A DNA stretch of 32,000 nucleotides from Candidatus Electrothrix sp. GW3-4 (GTDB taxonomy: Bacteria; Desulfobacterota; Desulfobulbia; Desulfobulbales; Desulfobulbaceae). The stretch covers positions 750,001-782,000 of the forward strand of contig NZ_CP147990.1 in the NCBI RefSeq assembly GCF_037902255.1, written 5' to 3'. Below, piece by piece: positions 7,841 through 17,618 of this stretch (positions are counted from its first letter, which is position 1; each line of letters begins with the position of its first letter). The notes below the pieces were generated by a model. That model saw only the letters and a program-made list of their open reading frames with translations, ran no database searches and was not told where the DNA came from. A program made the position numbers and the translations under genes.

Positions 7841-9223
7841 ATGGAACGACCATTTTTCTGGCACCAGGGACTCTTTCTGCAGCCCCAGCATTTTCAGCTG
7901 CAGGATCAATACATTCGCTCTTTGCTTACCCCGATACATTCCTTTGTGCAGCCCCACTTTTGGGGGGTTGGCAGGATGATGATTCAGGAAGCGGCGCTCG
8001 GCAGTCTTTCTTTCCAACTGTTGCAGGGGCAATTCTTGTTTCCAGACGGCAGTTTTGTTGTCCCACCCGAAAACGGCTTGGTTGCTCCCCGTTCTTTCAA
8101 CGAAGATTGGGGGGAGAGCGGCAAGTCGCTCGGCGTCCTGCTGGGCCTGCGTAAGTGGAATCCTGCCGGTGACAATGTCACGGTTCTTTCTTCGTTAGAG
8201 AACATCGGCGATGTTTCCACCCGCTTTGTCAGTACAACAGAACCGGAAGAGGTCCCTGACCTGTATCAGGGAGAGGCAATGGCCCAGGTCAAACGCCTGC
8301 ATTACGTCCTGAAGATCTTCTGGGACAGCGAAGAGGATGAGCTGGGTGACTATGAGTTGATCCCGCTTGCCCGCCTTCAGCGCCACGGCGAAAACATCGT
8401 CCCGTCCAATCGTTTTTTTCCGCCCTGTCTGAGTATTGATGCCTTTGGGCCCTTGATGAAACTGATTGCCGATATCCGCGATCAGCTCGCCTCTAGGGCG
8501 CATATGCTTGAGGCCTATAAGCGGGAACGTGGTATCCATACAGCTGAATTTGGCCCTCGGGATACAGTCTATCTTCTGGCCCTGCGTTCGCTGAACCGGT
8601 ATGTTCCCGAGCTGGTGCATATCACCGAGGCCCGAACTGTTCATCCCTGGACCGTGTACGGCCTCCTGCGCCGGATCATTGGAGAGCTTTCCGGTTTTTC
8701 TGAAACAGTGAATGTCCTGGGAGAACAGGAGGGTGAACTCCTTGTTCCCCCCTATAATCATCGAAAATTACACAGCTGTTTCCTCTCAGCCCAGGATGTG
8801 TTGCTCCGGCTGCTGGATGAGATTACTGCTGGCCCAGAGTATATGCTGGATCTGGTGTATGACGGTGCCTATTACAGTGGGGAACTGACGCCCTCCATGT
8901 TTGCTGCCCCTAACCGTTTTTATCTGGTTGTGGATACCGATTCTGAGCCCGAGCCGGTTATTCGCAATTTTACCAGCCTTGCTAAAATAGGATCACGGGA
9001 GTCCTTGCCCCTGCTTATTGCCCGAGCCTTGCCCGGTGTCAGGATGAACCATTTGGAGACAGTACCGCAGGAGCTGCCGCGCCGGGCCGGGGCCTATTAT
9101 TTTCAGATTGATCATCATAGTGACCTCTGGCAGCAGGTACAACGCAGTAACCAGCTGGCAATTTTTTGGGACACAGCACCAAATGATGTGAAGATCGAAC
9201 TTATGGTCGTGGGCAGGAGGTAA
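7841..9223 (+). CDS. tssK: T6SS baseplate protein TssK
   Basis: The N-terminus RPFFWHQGLFLQPQHFQLQDQY is the TssK (ImpJ/VasE) hallmark. The protein is 460 aa, and GAGGAG lies upstream. Confidence 0.93.
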   Translation: MERPFFWHQGLFLQPQHFQLQDQYIRSLLTPIHSFVQPHFWGVGRMMIQEAALGSLSFQLLQGQFLFPDGSFVVPPENGLVAPRSFNEDWGESGKSLGVLLGLRKWNPAGDNVTVLSSLENIGDVSTRFVSTTEPEEVPDLYQGEAMAQVKRLHYVLKIFWDSEEDELGDYELIPLARLQRHGENIVPSNRFFPPCLSIDAFGPLMKLIADIRDQLASRAHMLEAYKRERGIHTAEFGPRDTVYLLALRSLNRYVPELVHITEARTVHPWTVYGLLRRIIGELSGFSETVNVLGEQEGELLVPPYNHRKLHSCFLSAQDVLLRLLDEITAGPEYMLDLVYDGAYYSGELTPSMFAAPNRFYLVVDTDSEPEPVIRNFTSLAKIGSRESLPLLIARALPGVRMNHLETVPQELPRRAGAYYFQIDHHSDLWQQVQRSNQLAIFWDTAPNDVKIELMVVGRR

Positions 9224-9225
9224 CC

Positions 9226-9906
9226 GTGTCGCTTCTTGATTGTTTTGTTGAATTGATTGCCTATATTGCCTATTTCGGCAAAACTGCTTCGTCGACCCGT
9301 CAGGTCTCCTATGAACAGCTCAAGACAGATCTGACACATCTGGTTGATAAGGCTCAGGACAGCTTTCAGCAGAGCCGATTGTCGCAGCAAGATTTTGATT
9401 TGGCCCGTTTTGCCGTTTTTGCCTGGATTGACGAGGTGATTCTCAGTTCAACCTGGTCAGAAAAAGGGCGATGGCAAGGGGAGCAGCTGCAGAGGGTCTA
9501 TTACCAGACCACAGAGGCCGGTGAACTTTTTTTTAAACGGCTCAATCAACTCCAGCCCCAGCAGCTTGAGGTGCGCGAGGTGTATACGCTCTGCCTGGCG
9601 CTCGGATTCAGTGGTCGTTACTGTAACCCTGGCGATGAATTTTTGCTGGAACAGTTGAAAAATTCCAATCTAAAATTGCTGGGCCCGGAATCTGCCATTC
9701 ATCTTGCCGAGCAGGAACGCCTTTTTCCAGAGGCCTATGTGCAGGAAAGAGGGGCGGGGAAAAATACTGCTCCAGGGCGAGGTGTTTCTTGGGTCAAGTG
9801 GATCGTTGGTGCCGCATTATCGGTTGTATTGTACTGGGGGCTTTTTTTCATATACCGCTTTGTCCTTGATAACGTCGGTGAAAATTTTATCTCCTCGGTG
9901 CGCTGA
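9226..9906 (+). CDS. tssL: T6SS membrane-complex protein TssL (DotU family), without a peptidoglycan-binding extension
   Basis: The start is a GTG following AGGAGG. The sequence LARFAVFAWIDEVILSSTW...EVREVYTLCLALGFSGRY, plus a C-terminal transmembrane segment (WIVGAALSVVLYWGLFFIY), matches the DotU/ImpK family. Confidence 0.9.
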   Translation: MSLLDCFVELIAYIAYFGKTASSTRQVSYEQLKTDLTHLVDKAQDSFQQSRLSQQDFDLARFAVFAWIDEVILSSTWSEKGRWQGEQLQRVYYQTTEAGELFFKRLNQLQPQQLEVREVYTLCLALGFSGRYCNPGDEFLLEQLKNSNLKLLGPESAIHLAEQERLFPEAYVQERGAGKNTAPGRGVSWVKWIVGAALSVVLYWGLFFIYRFVLDNVGENFISSVR

Positions 9907-12900
9907 TGAAGGCCTTTTTCGTGGCAGCATTTAAATTTCTCTTGTTCTTCACCCTCCTGCTGCTCATAGCCTTGTTCACCTCTGCGGTGGTGCTCTGGAT
10001 GCAATGGCCGTGGTGGGTTGCCTTTTTTTTTCTCCTTGGTTATGCGGGTCTGTACCTGGGCTGGCTTTTTATCCGCAAGATTTTGTTGCGTCGACGGGAA
10101 CAGCAATTTATCCATCAGGTTGTTGAACAGGACAAGGGCTCTCTCAGGGAAACAGAGAGCAGTGGCGACGCTGTCTATGAACTCCAGAAACAATGGCAAG
10201 ATGCCCTGGAAACCCTGAAATCCTCGCATTTGGCCAAGCAGGGCAATCCGCTCTATGTCCTGCCCTGGTATATGATTATCGGTGAATCCCGATCTGGTAA
10301 ATCCACTGCGATTCGCAGTGCCGGGCTGACCTCTCCTTTTGCCGAGGCAACGGCTGTTAGGGGCATTGGCGGCACCAGGAACTGTGATTGGTGGTTTCTT
10401 GAGCAGGCTGTTATTCTGGATACAGCAGGTCGTTACACCATCCCCTTGGATGAAGGGCGCGATAAGGAGGAATGGCAGAAGTTTCTCTCCCTGCTTGTCA
10501 AGTATCGGAAAAAGGAGCCGCTCAATGGTCTGGTGGTCACCATGGCCGCTGATAAACTGATGCAGGCGGATCAGGAGACGATTCTCGCTGATGGTCGGAA
10601 CATCAGGCAGCGGATTGACGAGTTGATGCGGGTGCTCGGCAAGGTCTTTCCGGTGTACGTCCTGGTGACAAAGTGTGATCTGATCCAGGGGATGAATCGA
10701 TTTTGCGATCAGTTGTCGGAAGAACAACTCAGACAGGCCATGGGAGGAGTGAATCAGCAGGGGGGCAATGTCGTGGAGTTTCTCCATAACCTGGGCCAGA
10801 GAACCGGTGAACGACTCCAACAATTACGTCTTCGCCTTTTAGGGGACAAAGCGGACCATGCTGCTGATCTCCTTCTCTTTCCCAATGAGTTTAAACAGCT
10901 CCATAATCGCTTGATCGGTTTTGTCGAGGCGGTTTTTAAGGAAAATCCGTATCAGGAGACCCCAACCCTGCGTGGACTTTATTTCAGCAGTGGTCGTCAG
11001 GAAGGAACACCGTATTCCCACTTTTTGCATGCCCTGGGATTGATCAGAGAGCAGGAGGTGTTGCCTGGTACGAGTCGGGGCCTGTTTCTCTATGATTTTT
11101 TTGCCCGCATCCTGCCCGGAGATCGTCACCTTTTTGCCCCTACCCAAAGGGCCCTGGCCTGGACGCGTCAGACTGGTAATATTGGCCTTGCCGCTTGGAC
11201 AACCGTTGTTCTCGCTTTATGCGGGCTGTTGAGTTTTTCCTTTGTCCAGAACCTGACCACCCTCCGCAGCGGTGCTGAGGCCTTTAGGGCGTCTGCGGTT
11301 GTCCAGGGAGAAAGGGATACCGACATGGCTGCGCTGGAACATTTTCAAGCAGCGGTCAGTGAGATAGAGCAGTTGAACAGATCGTGGTGGTTCCCCCGCT
11401 TTGGGCTTTATGCAAGCGACAGGGCCGAACTTGCCTTGAAAGAGAAGTTTTGTCGTTCTTTTCAGGAGAAGTACATAGATCGTTTTCATGGACAATTTGC
11501 TCGTCTTGTTGCTGAGATCGGGTCGACTGGCCAGGATATGGACACGGGCATGCTGATTCTTCATCTTGCCCGTCGCATCAATCTGATCCAGGCTCGCCTT
11601 AACCATGAGGAGCTTGAGGGGCTTGCTCTCCTCAATCAACCCTCTTTCCTGCCTGTATTAGACAGGGAAGACAAGAGGGCGGCGGCAGAACGCAATGACC
11701 GTTTGCTCTTGCAGTACCATCATTATCTTGCCTGGCAGGCTGATCAGGAGACCCTGGTTCTGGAACGTGAACAACTGCAACGCAATCTGACGCGGATCTT
11801 TGCACAACCCGCAGTCGGCTTGAACTGGATGGTCTCCTGGGTGAATAGCTCTTCCGGTCTGGAGGGCTTTGATCTGCAGGATTTCTGGCCCGCACCTCTT
11901 CATCGTAAAAATATTGCGACGGTGCCCCCTGCATATACGGTCAAAGGAAAAGCGGTTATTGACGGCCTGCTTACCGATGTCGAGACCGCCTTACCGGATT
12001 CGCTGTTGATTACTACGAATAAAAGCCGTTTCCAGGCCTGGTATTTTCAAGGGTATGAACAGGTCTGGCTGGATTTTGCGGATGCATTTCCCCACGCCGA
12101 ATCTTATCTGGCGGATAATATGAGCTGGCAGCAGGTTGCTGCTGTCATGGCATCGGATAAGAGCCCGTACTTTACCCTGCTGCGCACCATGGCTGAAGAG
12201 CTCACCCCTCTTGAACAGCGGAAATCCAGCTGGGTCGAGTTAGTCGGCCTGATAGAGCGGGCACGGAAGAATGCCCTGCTGGAGAGAAAAGTCGAACAGG
12301 AGAAATCTCTGGTTGCCAAGGTGACCAAGAAAGGCAAGAAGGTGGTCGAGGCGTTAGATAAAAAAACCGGTCTCAATACGCGACAACTGGAGGCGTGGCT
12401 GCTTGCAGCTGGTAAGCAGTGGAATAGCTACCGGGATTCTTTGCAGGAGATCGCTCTGGCAACCGCTTCACGGGCTGTTGCCTATAGTATGACAGCAGAG
12501 GTCTTTAAGGATGATCCTGCTGTGTCCCCATCGCCTTTTTATCAGGCCCGGCAGCATCTTGTGGCGTTGCGGGGGGAATTGACACAACCTGATTTGACCT
12601 CAGCAGGGGAGGAGAAAACCGTCTGGCGGCTGCTCACCTCTCCGTTTACCTTTTTACGTGATTATGCCTACCTGGAGGCATCTTGTCACTTGAATGATCT
12701 CTGGGAGGAAAATGTCTTGGTGGAGCTCCAGGGGATTCATGATAAAACCAGGCTGAATGACGAGCTTTTTGCCGATAACGGCTATGCTCTTCGTTTTATT
12801 CAAGGGCCAGCAGGGCCTTTTCTCAGTAGGAGTTTACAACAGGGATTTTATCCCAAAACCGCTCTGGAACAGCAGCTTCCCTTTCGAGAATCGTTTTTGA

Positions 12901-13715
12901 CCTTTTTGACCAAGGGGATGCAGCTTTCCAGGTTTAAGCCAGATTTGAGCATTGATACTGATATTCCCCTTGATTTGCATTTGGAAGCCGATACCGTCTT
13001 TTCTCCCCCGCCTGCGCAGCAGGAGCAAAGAGATCTGATCCCTTCCCCACCGACTCTTCTGCCGAGCTATACGGTGACGGTCAATGCAAATCCGACCAGT
13101 GTCAATCCAGAGGCCAAGATTCGCCCCCATGCAACTACCCTGGAGTTGATCTGCGGTGCAAAGACCACCCGTTTGGTGAACCTGAACTATCCGAGACGAG
13201 AAGAGTTCGTCTGGGAACCGAATCACTGCGAAGCACTGACCCTGCAGGTTGAAGCGGGCAGTCTGGTGCTGAAAAAAAAGTATGAGGGGCAATTGGCCTT
13301 TGCCCATTTTGCCGATGATTTCAGGACCGGCAGCCATCTGTTTTCAGTGGCCGCAGATTTTCCTGATTTAAAAAAGCAGTTGGGGCGAATGCAGATTAAG
13401 TATATCAAGATCAGCTTTAGATTGCAGGGTGCTCAACCCCTGCTTACTCTTCTTGATCAGATAGAAAAAAGAGAAAAGGCGCTGGCTGCCCAGGAGGAAA
13501 AACAAAAGGCCAGGCAGGCTGCTGGTAGTGGTCAGGAAATCAAGGAAGCACTCGCTGCATGGGAACGCAAGCAGAAAATGAGGGCCTTGGAAAACGAGGC
13601 CATGAAACAGGCCTGGAAGGCGAGACAGGAGGCAAAGGCCCGCAGGCTGAAGAAGGCGTGGGAGGATAAACTCCCTGATATACCTTTGGATATAACAACC
13701 TGCTGGGATAATTAA
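9906..13715 (+). CDS. tssM: T6SS membrane-complex protein TssM (IcmF family)
   Basis: The protein is 1269 aa. It has N-terminal transmembrane helices and a Walker A motif (GESRSGKST), followed by VILDTAGRY. The start overlaps the tssL stop as TGATG. It carries an unusual charged C-terminal tail, described in the findings. Confidence 0.93.
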   Translation: MKAFFVAAFKFLLFFTLLLLIALFTSAVVLWMQWPWWVAFFFLLGYAGLYLGWLFIRKILLRRREQQFIHQVVEQDKGSLRETESSGDAVYELQKQWQDALETLKSSHLAKQGNPLYVLPWYMIIGESRSGKSTAIRSAGLTSPFAEATAVRGIGGTRNCDWWFLEQAVILDTAGRYTIPLDEGRDKEEWQKFLSLLVKYRKKEPLNGLVVTMAADKLMQADQETILADGRNIRQRIDELMRVLGKVFPVYVLVTKCDLIQGMNRFCDQLSEEQLRQAMGGVNQQGGNVVEFLHNLGQRTGERLQQLRLRLLGDKADHAADLLLFPNEFKQLHNRLIGFVEAVFKENPYQETPTLRGLYFSSGRQEGTPYSHFLHALGLIREQEVLPGTSRGLFLYDFFARILPGDRHLFAPTQRALAWTRQTGNIGLAAWTTVVLALCGLLSFSFVQNLTTLRSGAEAFRASAVVQGERDTDMAALEHFQAAVSEIEQLNRSWWFPRFGLYASDRAELALKEKFCRSFQEKYIDRFHGQFARLVAEIGSTGQDMDTGMLILHLARRINLIQARLNHEELEGLALLNQPSFLPVLDREDKRAAAERNDRLLLQYHHYLAWQADQETLVLEREQLQRNLTRIFAQPAVGLNWMVSWVNSSSGLEGFDLQDFWPAPLHRKNIATVPPAYTVKGKAVIDGLLTDVETALPDSLLITTNKSRFQAWYFQGYEQVWLDFADAFPHAESYLADNMSWQQVAAVMASDKSPYFTLLRTMAEELTPLEQRKSSWVELVGLIERARKNALLERKVEQEKSLVAKVTKKGKKVVEALDKKTGLNTRQLEAWLLAAGKQWNSYRDSLQEIALATASRAVAYSMTAEVFKDDPAVSPSPFYQARQHLVALRGELTQPDLTSAGEEKTVWRLLTSPFTFLRDYAYLEASCHLNDLWEENVLVELQGIHDKTRLNDELFADNGYALRFIQGPAGPFLSRSLQQGFYPKTALEQQLPFRESFLTFLTKGMQLSRFKPDLSIDTDIPLDLHLEADTVFSPPPAQQEQRDLIPSPPTLLPSYTVTVNANPTSVNPEAKIRPHATTLELICGAKTTRLVNLNYPRREEFVWEPNHCEALTLQVEAGSLVLKKKYEGQLAFAHFADDFRTGSHLFSVAADFPDLKKQLGRMQIKYIKISFRLQGAQPLLTLLDQIEKREKALAAQEEKQKARQAAGSGQEIKEALAAWERKQKMRALENEAMKQAWKARQEAKARRLKKAWEDKLPDIPLDITTCWDN

Positions 13716-13784
13716 TCCTCTTGAAAGGGGGGCTGTGGGGGCTATTGCCTGTATAATTCAACGATCAGATCTTCACGAAAAATC

Positions 13785-15419
13785 ATGGAAACGGTCACCT
13801 TGGGAAGAGTGCCGATCAACGAGGCCTCACCTGCTGGCGAAGATGTACGCTATGAACTTGAATTTGAGGAGCTACAGGCGGAGATTGACAAGCTTTCTCT
13901 TGCCTCAGAAAGTGGTTCGCCCATTGACTGGCACAAGGTTTCCGATCTGGCAGCAGGCATCCTTGAAAAGCGCTCAAAGGATCTCTTGGTTGCCGCATAC
14001 TTCGGTGTTGCTCAGATTCATCTGGCTGGCCTTGAGGGGCTGTTTGCTGGTATCCGGGTCTATAGCGATCTTTTGGAAAATTACTGGGATTCTCTGTTTC
14101 CCAAAAAGAAGCGGATGCGAGGGCGGGTCGCCGCAGCTGAATGGTGGCTTGAACGGTCGGTGGCGGCTGCAGAGCGGCTTGGCCAGCAGGTCGCAACTGC
14201 GGAGGTAAAGGCCACCCTTCTTGAACAATGCGAGCAGTTGAATCGGTTGGTTCAGGAGCGCTTTCCAGAACCGCCTTCTCTTTCCTCTCTTATAACTATA
14301 ATCAACCAGATCCCGGCAGAGGTCGCAAGAGATGCTGAGGATGTTGTTGAGGTTATTGAGGTGGTTGAGGAGTTGTCGGCAGAACAGCCAGTAAGGCCTG
14401 ATCCTGCCAGGGCGGAAACGTCTCCTGCCGATATTCCCCTGAAGGAGGTCTTGGGCCCAAAAACAAAGTCTGTTCCAGAGCAACAAGACTCGGTGCGGGA
14501 GGTTGCCTCTGCTGAGGATGCGCTGCACAGTATGCGTGCGGCCTATGAGCGGATGCAACGCGCTGCCCTGTTCCTGGTAGAACATAATCCGACTGAGCCG
14601 ACAGGCCATCGTGCCCTGAGGCAGGCCCTCTGGGCTGAACTTGATGTCCTACCTCCTGCGGTTGAGCAGAAGACGATTATCCCGCCGCCGGAACCGTATG
14701 TTCTGACCACCTTACAGGACCTCACTGCCCGTGGCGATTGGATCAACCTGGCCGCTGTTGCTGCCCTGCGGAGTAGCCAATATCTTTTCTGGCTTGATCT
14801 ACAGCGGTATTGCGCAATTGGTTTGGAAAAACTCGGAGTACGCTATGCCGATGCCTATGATGCGGTCTGTCAGGAAACAGCCACTCTGTTGCGGAGACTG
14901 CCAGGGGTCACTGAGCTGCAATTTGCCGACGGAACCCCTTTTGCCGATCAGGAGACAAAGGAGTGGTGCCAAGGTCTCAATGCGGGCTCCATGGACCTGA
15001 TGGCCAGTTTTCAGGCCGTAGGAAGTGAGGCAGCGCAGGAAGATCTTCATGATGCCGTTGCCCAGGCTCAGGCCTTGCTCAAGGGGCATAACCTGATTGA
15101 TGGGGTTCGAATCTTGCAAAAAGGGATGCAGGATGCCGTTTCGGGCAAAGAGGGCATGCAATGGCGGTTGGCATTGATTCAGCTTCTTTTGGAGGGGAAA
15201 TCGGCCAGGACAGCCTATGCTCATTGTCAGGTATTGGTTGAGGATATAGAGCGATATCAGCTCGAAATCTGGGATCCGGCTCAGGCTGTGCTTATTTATA
15301 CCCTGTGCTGTCATTGCCTGAAGGCGGTCTCTGCCAAGCTGTTCAAAGAACGGAGCAGGGAGTTTATGGACAGGATCGCCCGCCTCAATCCGGCCGAGGC
15401 CCTTTTGCTTGATTCCTGA
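13785..15419 (+). CDS. tssA: T6SS protein TssA (ImpA N-terminal domain)
   Basis: The N-terminal sequence PINEASPAGEDVRYELEFEELQAEIDKL has the ImpA_N pattern. The protein is 544 aa and is encoded between tssM and tssB. Confidence 0.85.
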   Translation: METVTLGRVPINEASPAGEDVRYELEFEELQAEIDKLSLASESGSPIDWHKVSDLAAGILEKRSKDLLVAAYFGVAQIHLAGLEGLFAGIRVYSDLLENYWDSLFPKKKRMRGRVAAAEWWLERSVAAAERLGQQVATAEVKATLLEQCEQLNRLVQERFPEPPSLSSLITIINQIPAEVARDAEDVVEVIEVVEELSAEQPVRPDPARAETSPADIPLKEVLGPKTKSVPEQQDSVREVASAEDALHSMRAAYERMQRAALFLVEHNPTEPTGHRALRQALWAELDVLPPAVEQKTIIPPPEPYVLTTLQDLTARGDWINLAAVAALRSSQYLFWLDLQRYCAIGLEKLGVRYADAYDAVCQETATLLRRLPGVTELQFADGTPFADQETKEWCQGLNAGSMDLMASFQAVGSEAAQEDLHDAVAQAQALLKGHNLIDGVRILQKGMQDAVSGKEGMQWRLALIQLLLEGKSARTAYAHCQVLVEDIERYQLEIWDPAQAVLIYTLCCHCLKAVSAKLFKERSREFMDRIARLNPAEALLLDS

Positions 15420-15444
15420 GACAGTTTTTTTGCTGCTGGGAGAG

Positions 15445-15531
15445 ATCCTGAAATAAAATCAATATCCTGAATCAAAGTGTTTGTCTTGAAGGCTAATTTA
15501 TTATATAGATGAAGAATTGAAGGTTAATTCA
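15445..15531 (+). repeat. Two pairs of direct repeats in the AT-rich tssA-tssB spacer (candidate regulator sites)
   Basis: ATCCTGAA occurs at 15445-15452 and 15464-15471, a 19-nt period. TTGAAGGCTAATTTA (15486-15500) and TTGAAGGTTAATTCA (15517-15531) match at 13 of 15 positions with a 31-nt period. I read both pairs directly from the sequence. Confidence 0.5.
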
Positions 15532-15547
15532 GCAAAAGAGGATACAG

Positions 15548-16036
15548 ATGGCAAAACAAGGTTCTGTTGCTCCCAAGGAGCGGGTCAATATTGTCTATCG
15601 TCCGGCCACCGGTGATGCGCAGGAAGAAGTAGAGCTTCCTCTCAAGATACTTGTCATGGGCGATTTTCAGCAGGCTGAAGATGACAGGGCAGTAGAGGAT
15701 CGGGAACCCATTACTATTGATAAGGACAACTTTAACGATGTCATGAAGGCCCAGGGGCTGGGATTGAATCTGACGGTGCCGGATAAGTTATCTGATGACC
15801 CGGATGAAGAGATGACAGTGCAACTCGCCTTTGAATCGCTGAAAGATTTCAGTCCGGATGCCATTGCTGACAATACTCCGGAGTTGAAGAAGCTTATGGA
15901 GCTACGCCAGGCCTTGAGCGCCCTTAAAGGGCCGCTCAGTAATATTCCTGATTTTAGAAAGAAGATACAGAGCCTGATGAAGGATGAGGACGCAAAGGAA
16001 CAATTGCTCAAAGAGCTGGGGCTTGATGAGAAATAG
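15548..16036 (+). CDS. tssB: T6SS sheath small subunit TssB (VipA)
   Basis: The N-terminus is KERVNIVYRPATGDAQEEVELPLKILVMGDF. The protein is 162 aa, and AAGAGGA lies upstream. Confidence 0.95.
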   Translation: MAKQGSVAPKERVNIVYRPATGDAQEEVELPLKILVMGDFQQAEDDRAVEDREPITIDKDNFNDVMKAQGLGLNLTVPDKLSDDPDEEMTVQLAFESLKDFSPDAIADNTPELKKLMELRQALSALKGPLSNIPDFRKKIQSLMKDEDAKEQLLKELGLDEK

Positions 16037-16045
16037 GAGAACGTT

Positions 16046-17545
16046 ATGACTGGAGAACAGGGACAGCTCGCTCCGGGCGAGGAACAGGCAGGAGAGGAGA
16101 CGGCTGAGGAGACGTCATCGTTGCTTGCGGAAATCACCCAGGCGACGAAACTGAAACCTGCCGACGAAGCGTATTCTATGGCCAGAAAGGGCGTTGAGGC
16201 CCTGATCGCCCAACTGATTGAGCCGGGAAAAGGGGTTGATAAGGTTACCAAGGCGGTGGTTGACGAGATGATCGCCGAACTGGATAAGAAGATCGGGCTC
16301 CAGGTTGATGCCATCCTCCATCACCCGGATCTGCAACGGCTTGAATCGGCCTGGCGTTCCATGAGGTACCTGGTCGATAATACCGATTTTCGAGAAAATA
16401 TCAAGCTGGAGATGGTCAATGTCAGCAAGGAAGACTTGCTTGATGATTTCGAGGATGCGCCGGAAATCCCGAAATCCGGTCTCTATAAGACGGCCTATAC
16501 AGCAGAGTACGGCCAGTTTGGTGGCCAACCCTATGCCGCCATGATCGGCAACTATGCCTTTGGTCCTGGTCCCCAGGATATCAAGCTGCTCCAGAATATC
16601 GCGAGTGTGGCCGCCATGGCCCATGCCCCCTTTATCGCGGCTGCCGGACCCCAGTTTTTTAATGTAGAGGATTTCAATGAACTGCCCAATCTCAAGGATC
16701 TCAAATCCATTTTTGAGGGGCCGAAGTATATAAAATGGCAGTCCTTCCGTGAATCAGAGGATGCGCGCTATGTCGGTTTGGCCATGCCGCGTTTTCTTTT
16801 GCGTCTTCCCTATGGCCCGGAGAGCAATCCGATCAAGAGCTTTGATTATGAAGAAAATGTTGTTGCCGATCATAGCAAGTATCTCTGGGGCAATGCTGCC
16901 TTTGCCTTTGCCACCCGGCTGACCGAGAGCTTTGCCAAATATCGCTGGTGTGCCAATATTATCGGCCCCCAGGGCGGCGGAACCGTGGAAGATCTCAAGC
17001 TGCATCAATATGAGGCCATGGGGGCGACGCAGACCAAGATCCCGACCGAGGTCCTGATTTCTGAGCGCAGAGAGTTTGAGCTCTCGGAAGAGGGATTTAT
17101 TGCCCTGACCATGCGGAAGAACAGTGATAATGCCGCCTTCTTTTCCGCCAATTCTGTCCAGAAACCGAAGAATTTCGGGATATCCAAAGAGGGGAAAGAG
17201 GCAGAACTGAACTATAAGCTCGGCCTGCAGCTGCCCTATATGTTTGTCATCAATCGCCTGGCCCATTATCTCAAGGTGCTGCAGCGGGAGAATATCGGCT
17301 CCTGGAAAGAGCGGACCGACTTGGAAACAGAACTGAATAAGTGGATAGGGCAGTATGTAACGGAAATGGAAAATCCTTCAGCCAGTGCCAGGAGTCGCAG
17401 GCCGTTGCGGGCGGCAGCCGTGACTGTGGACTCTGTGGAAGGTGAACCGGGTTGGTACAAGGTTGGTTTGAAAGTACGACCGCATTTTAAATATATGGGC
17501 GCTTCTTTTACCCTCTCGCTGGTTGGTAAACTGGATAAACAGTAA
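16046..17545 (+). CDS. tssC: T6SS sheath large subunit TssC (VipB)
   Basis: The protein is 499 aa. The segments ILHHPDLQRLESAWRSMRYLV...APFIAAAGPQFF...RFLLRLPYG...YLWGNAAFAF are TssC hallmarks. Confidence 0.95.
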   Translation: MTGEQGQLAPGEEQAGEETAEETSSLLAEITQATKLKPADEAYSMARKGVEALIAQLIEPGKGVDKVTKAVVDEMIAELDKKIGLQVDAILHHPDLQRLESAWRSMRYLVDNTDFRENIKLEMVNVSKEDLLDDFEDAPEIPKSGLYKTAYTAEYGQFGGQPYAAMIGNYAFGPGPQDIKLLQNIASVAAMAHAPFIAAAGPQFFNVEDFNELPNLKDLKSIFEGPKYIKWQSFRESEDARYVGLAMPRFLLRLPYGPESNPIKSFDYEENVVADHSKYLWGNAAFAFATRLTESFAKYRWCANIIGPQGGGTVEDLKLHQYEAMGATQTKIPTEVLISERREFELSEEGFIALTMRKNSDNAAFFSANSVQKPKNFGISKEGKEAELNYKLGLQLPYMFVINRLAHYLKVLQRENIGSWKERTDLETELNKWIGQYVTEMENPSASARSRRPLRAAAVTVDSVEGEPGWYKVGLKVRPHFKYMGASFTLSLVGKLDKQ

Positions 17546-17618
17546 GAGACCAGCACGAATTGCGGGCAGAAACACCATTGGGTAATAATCAGACAAGGAA
17601 CACGATAAGGAGATTATC

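Noticed and set aside
9735-10823. A 362-aa minus-strand ORF inside tssM. Similar long antisense ORFs occur at 15667-16314, 21418-22290, 24927-25577, 27954-28493 and 31262-31933.
   Set aside because: Each lies fully antisense to a plus-strand gene with strong family signatures. Their translations are low in complexity (Ser/Ala/Arg/Gly-rich) with no recognisable motifs. They are typical shadow ORFs of GC-rich coding sequence.
13716-13784. A perfect TATAAT (13752-13757) in the tssM-tssA spacer as a possible internal promoter.
   Set aside because: The nearest -35-like hexamer (TTGAAA, 13721-13726) is 25 nt away, which is too far. An isolated TATAAT is expected by chance.
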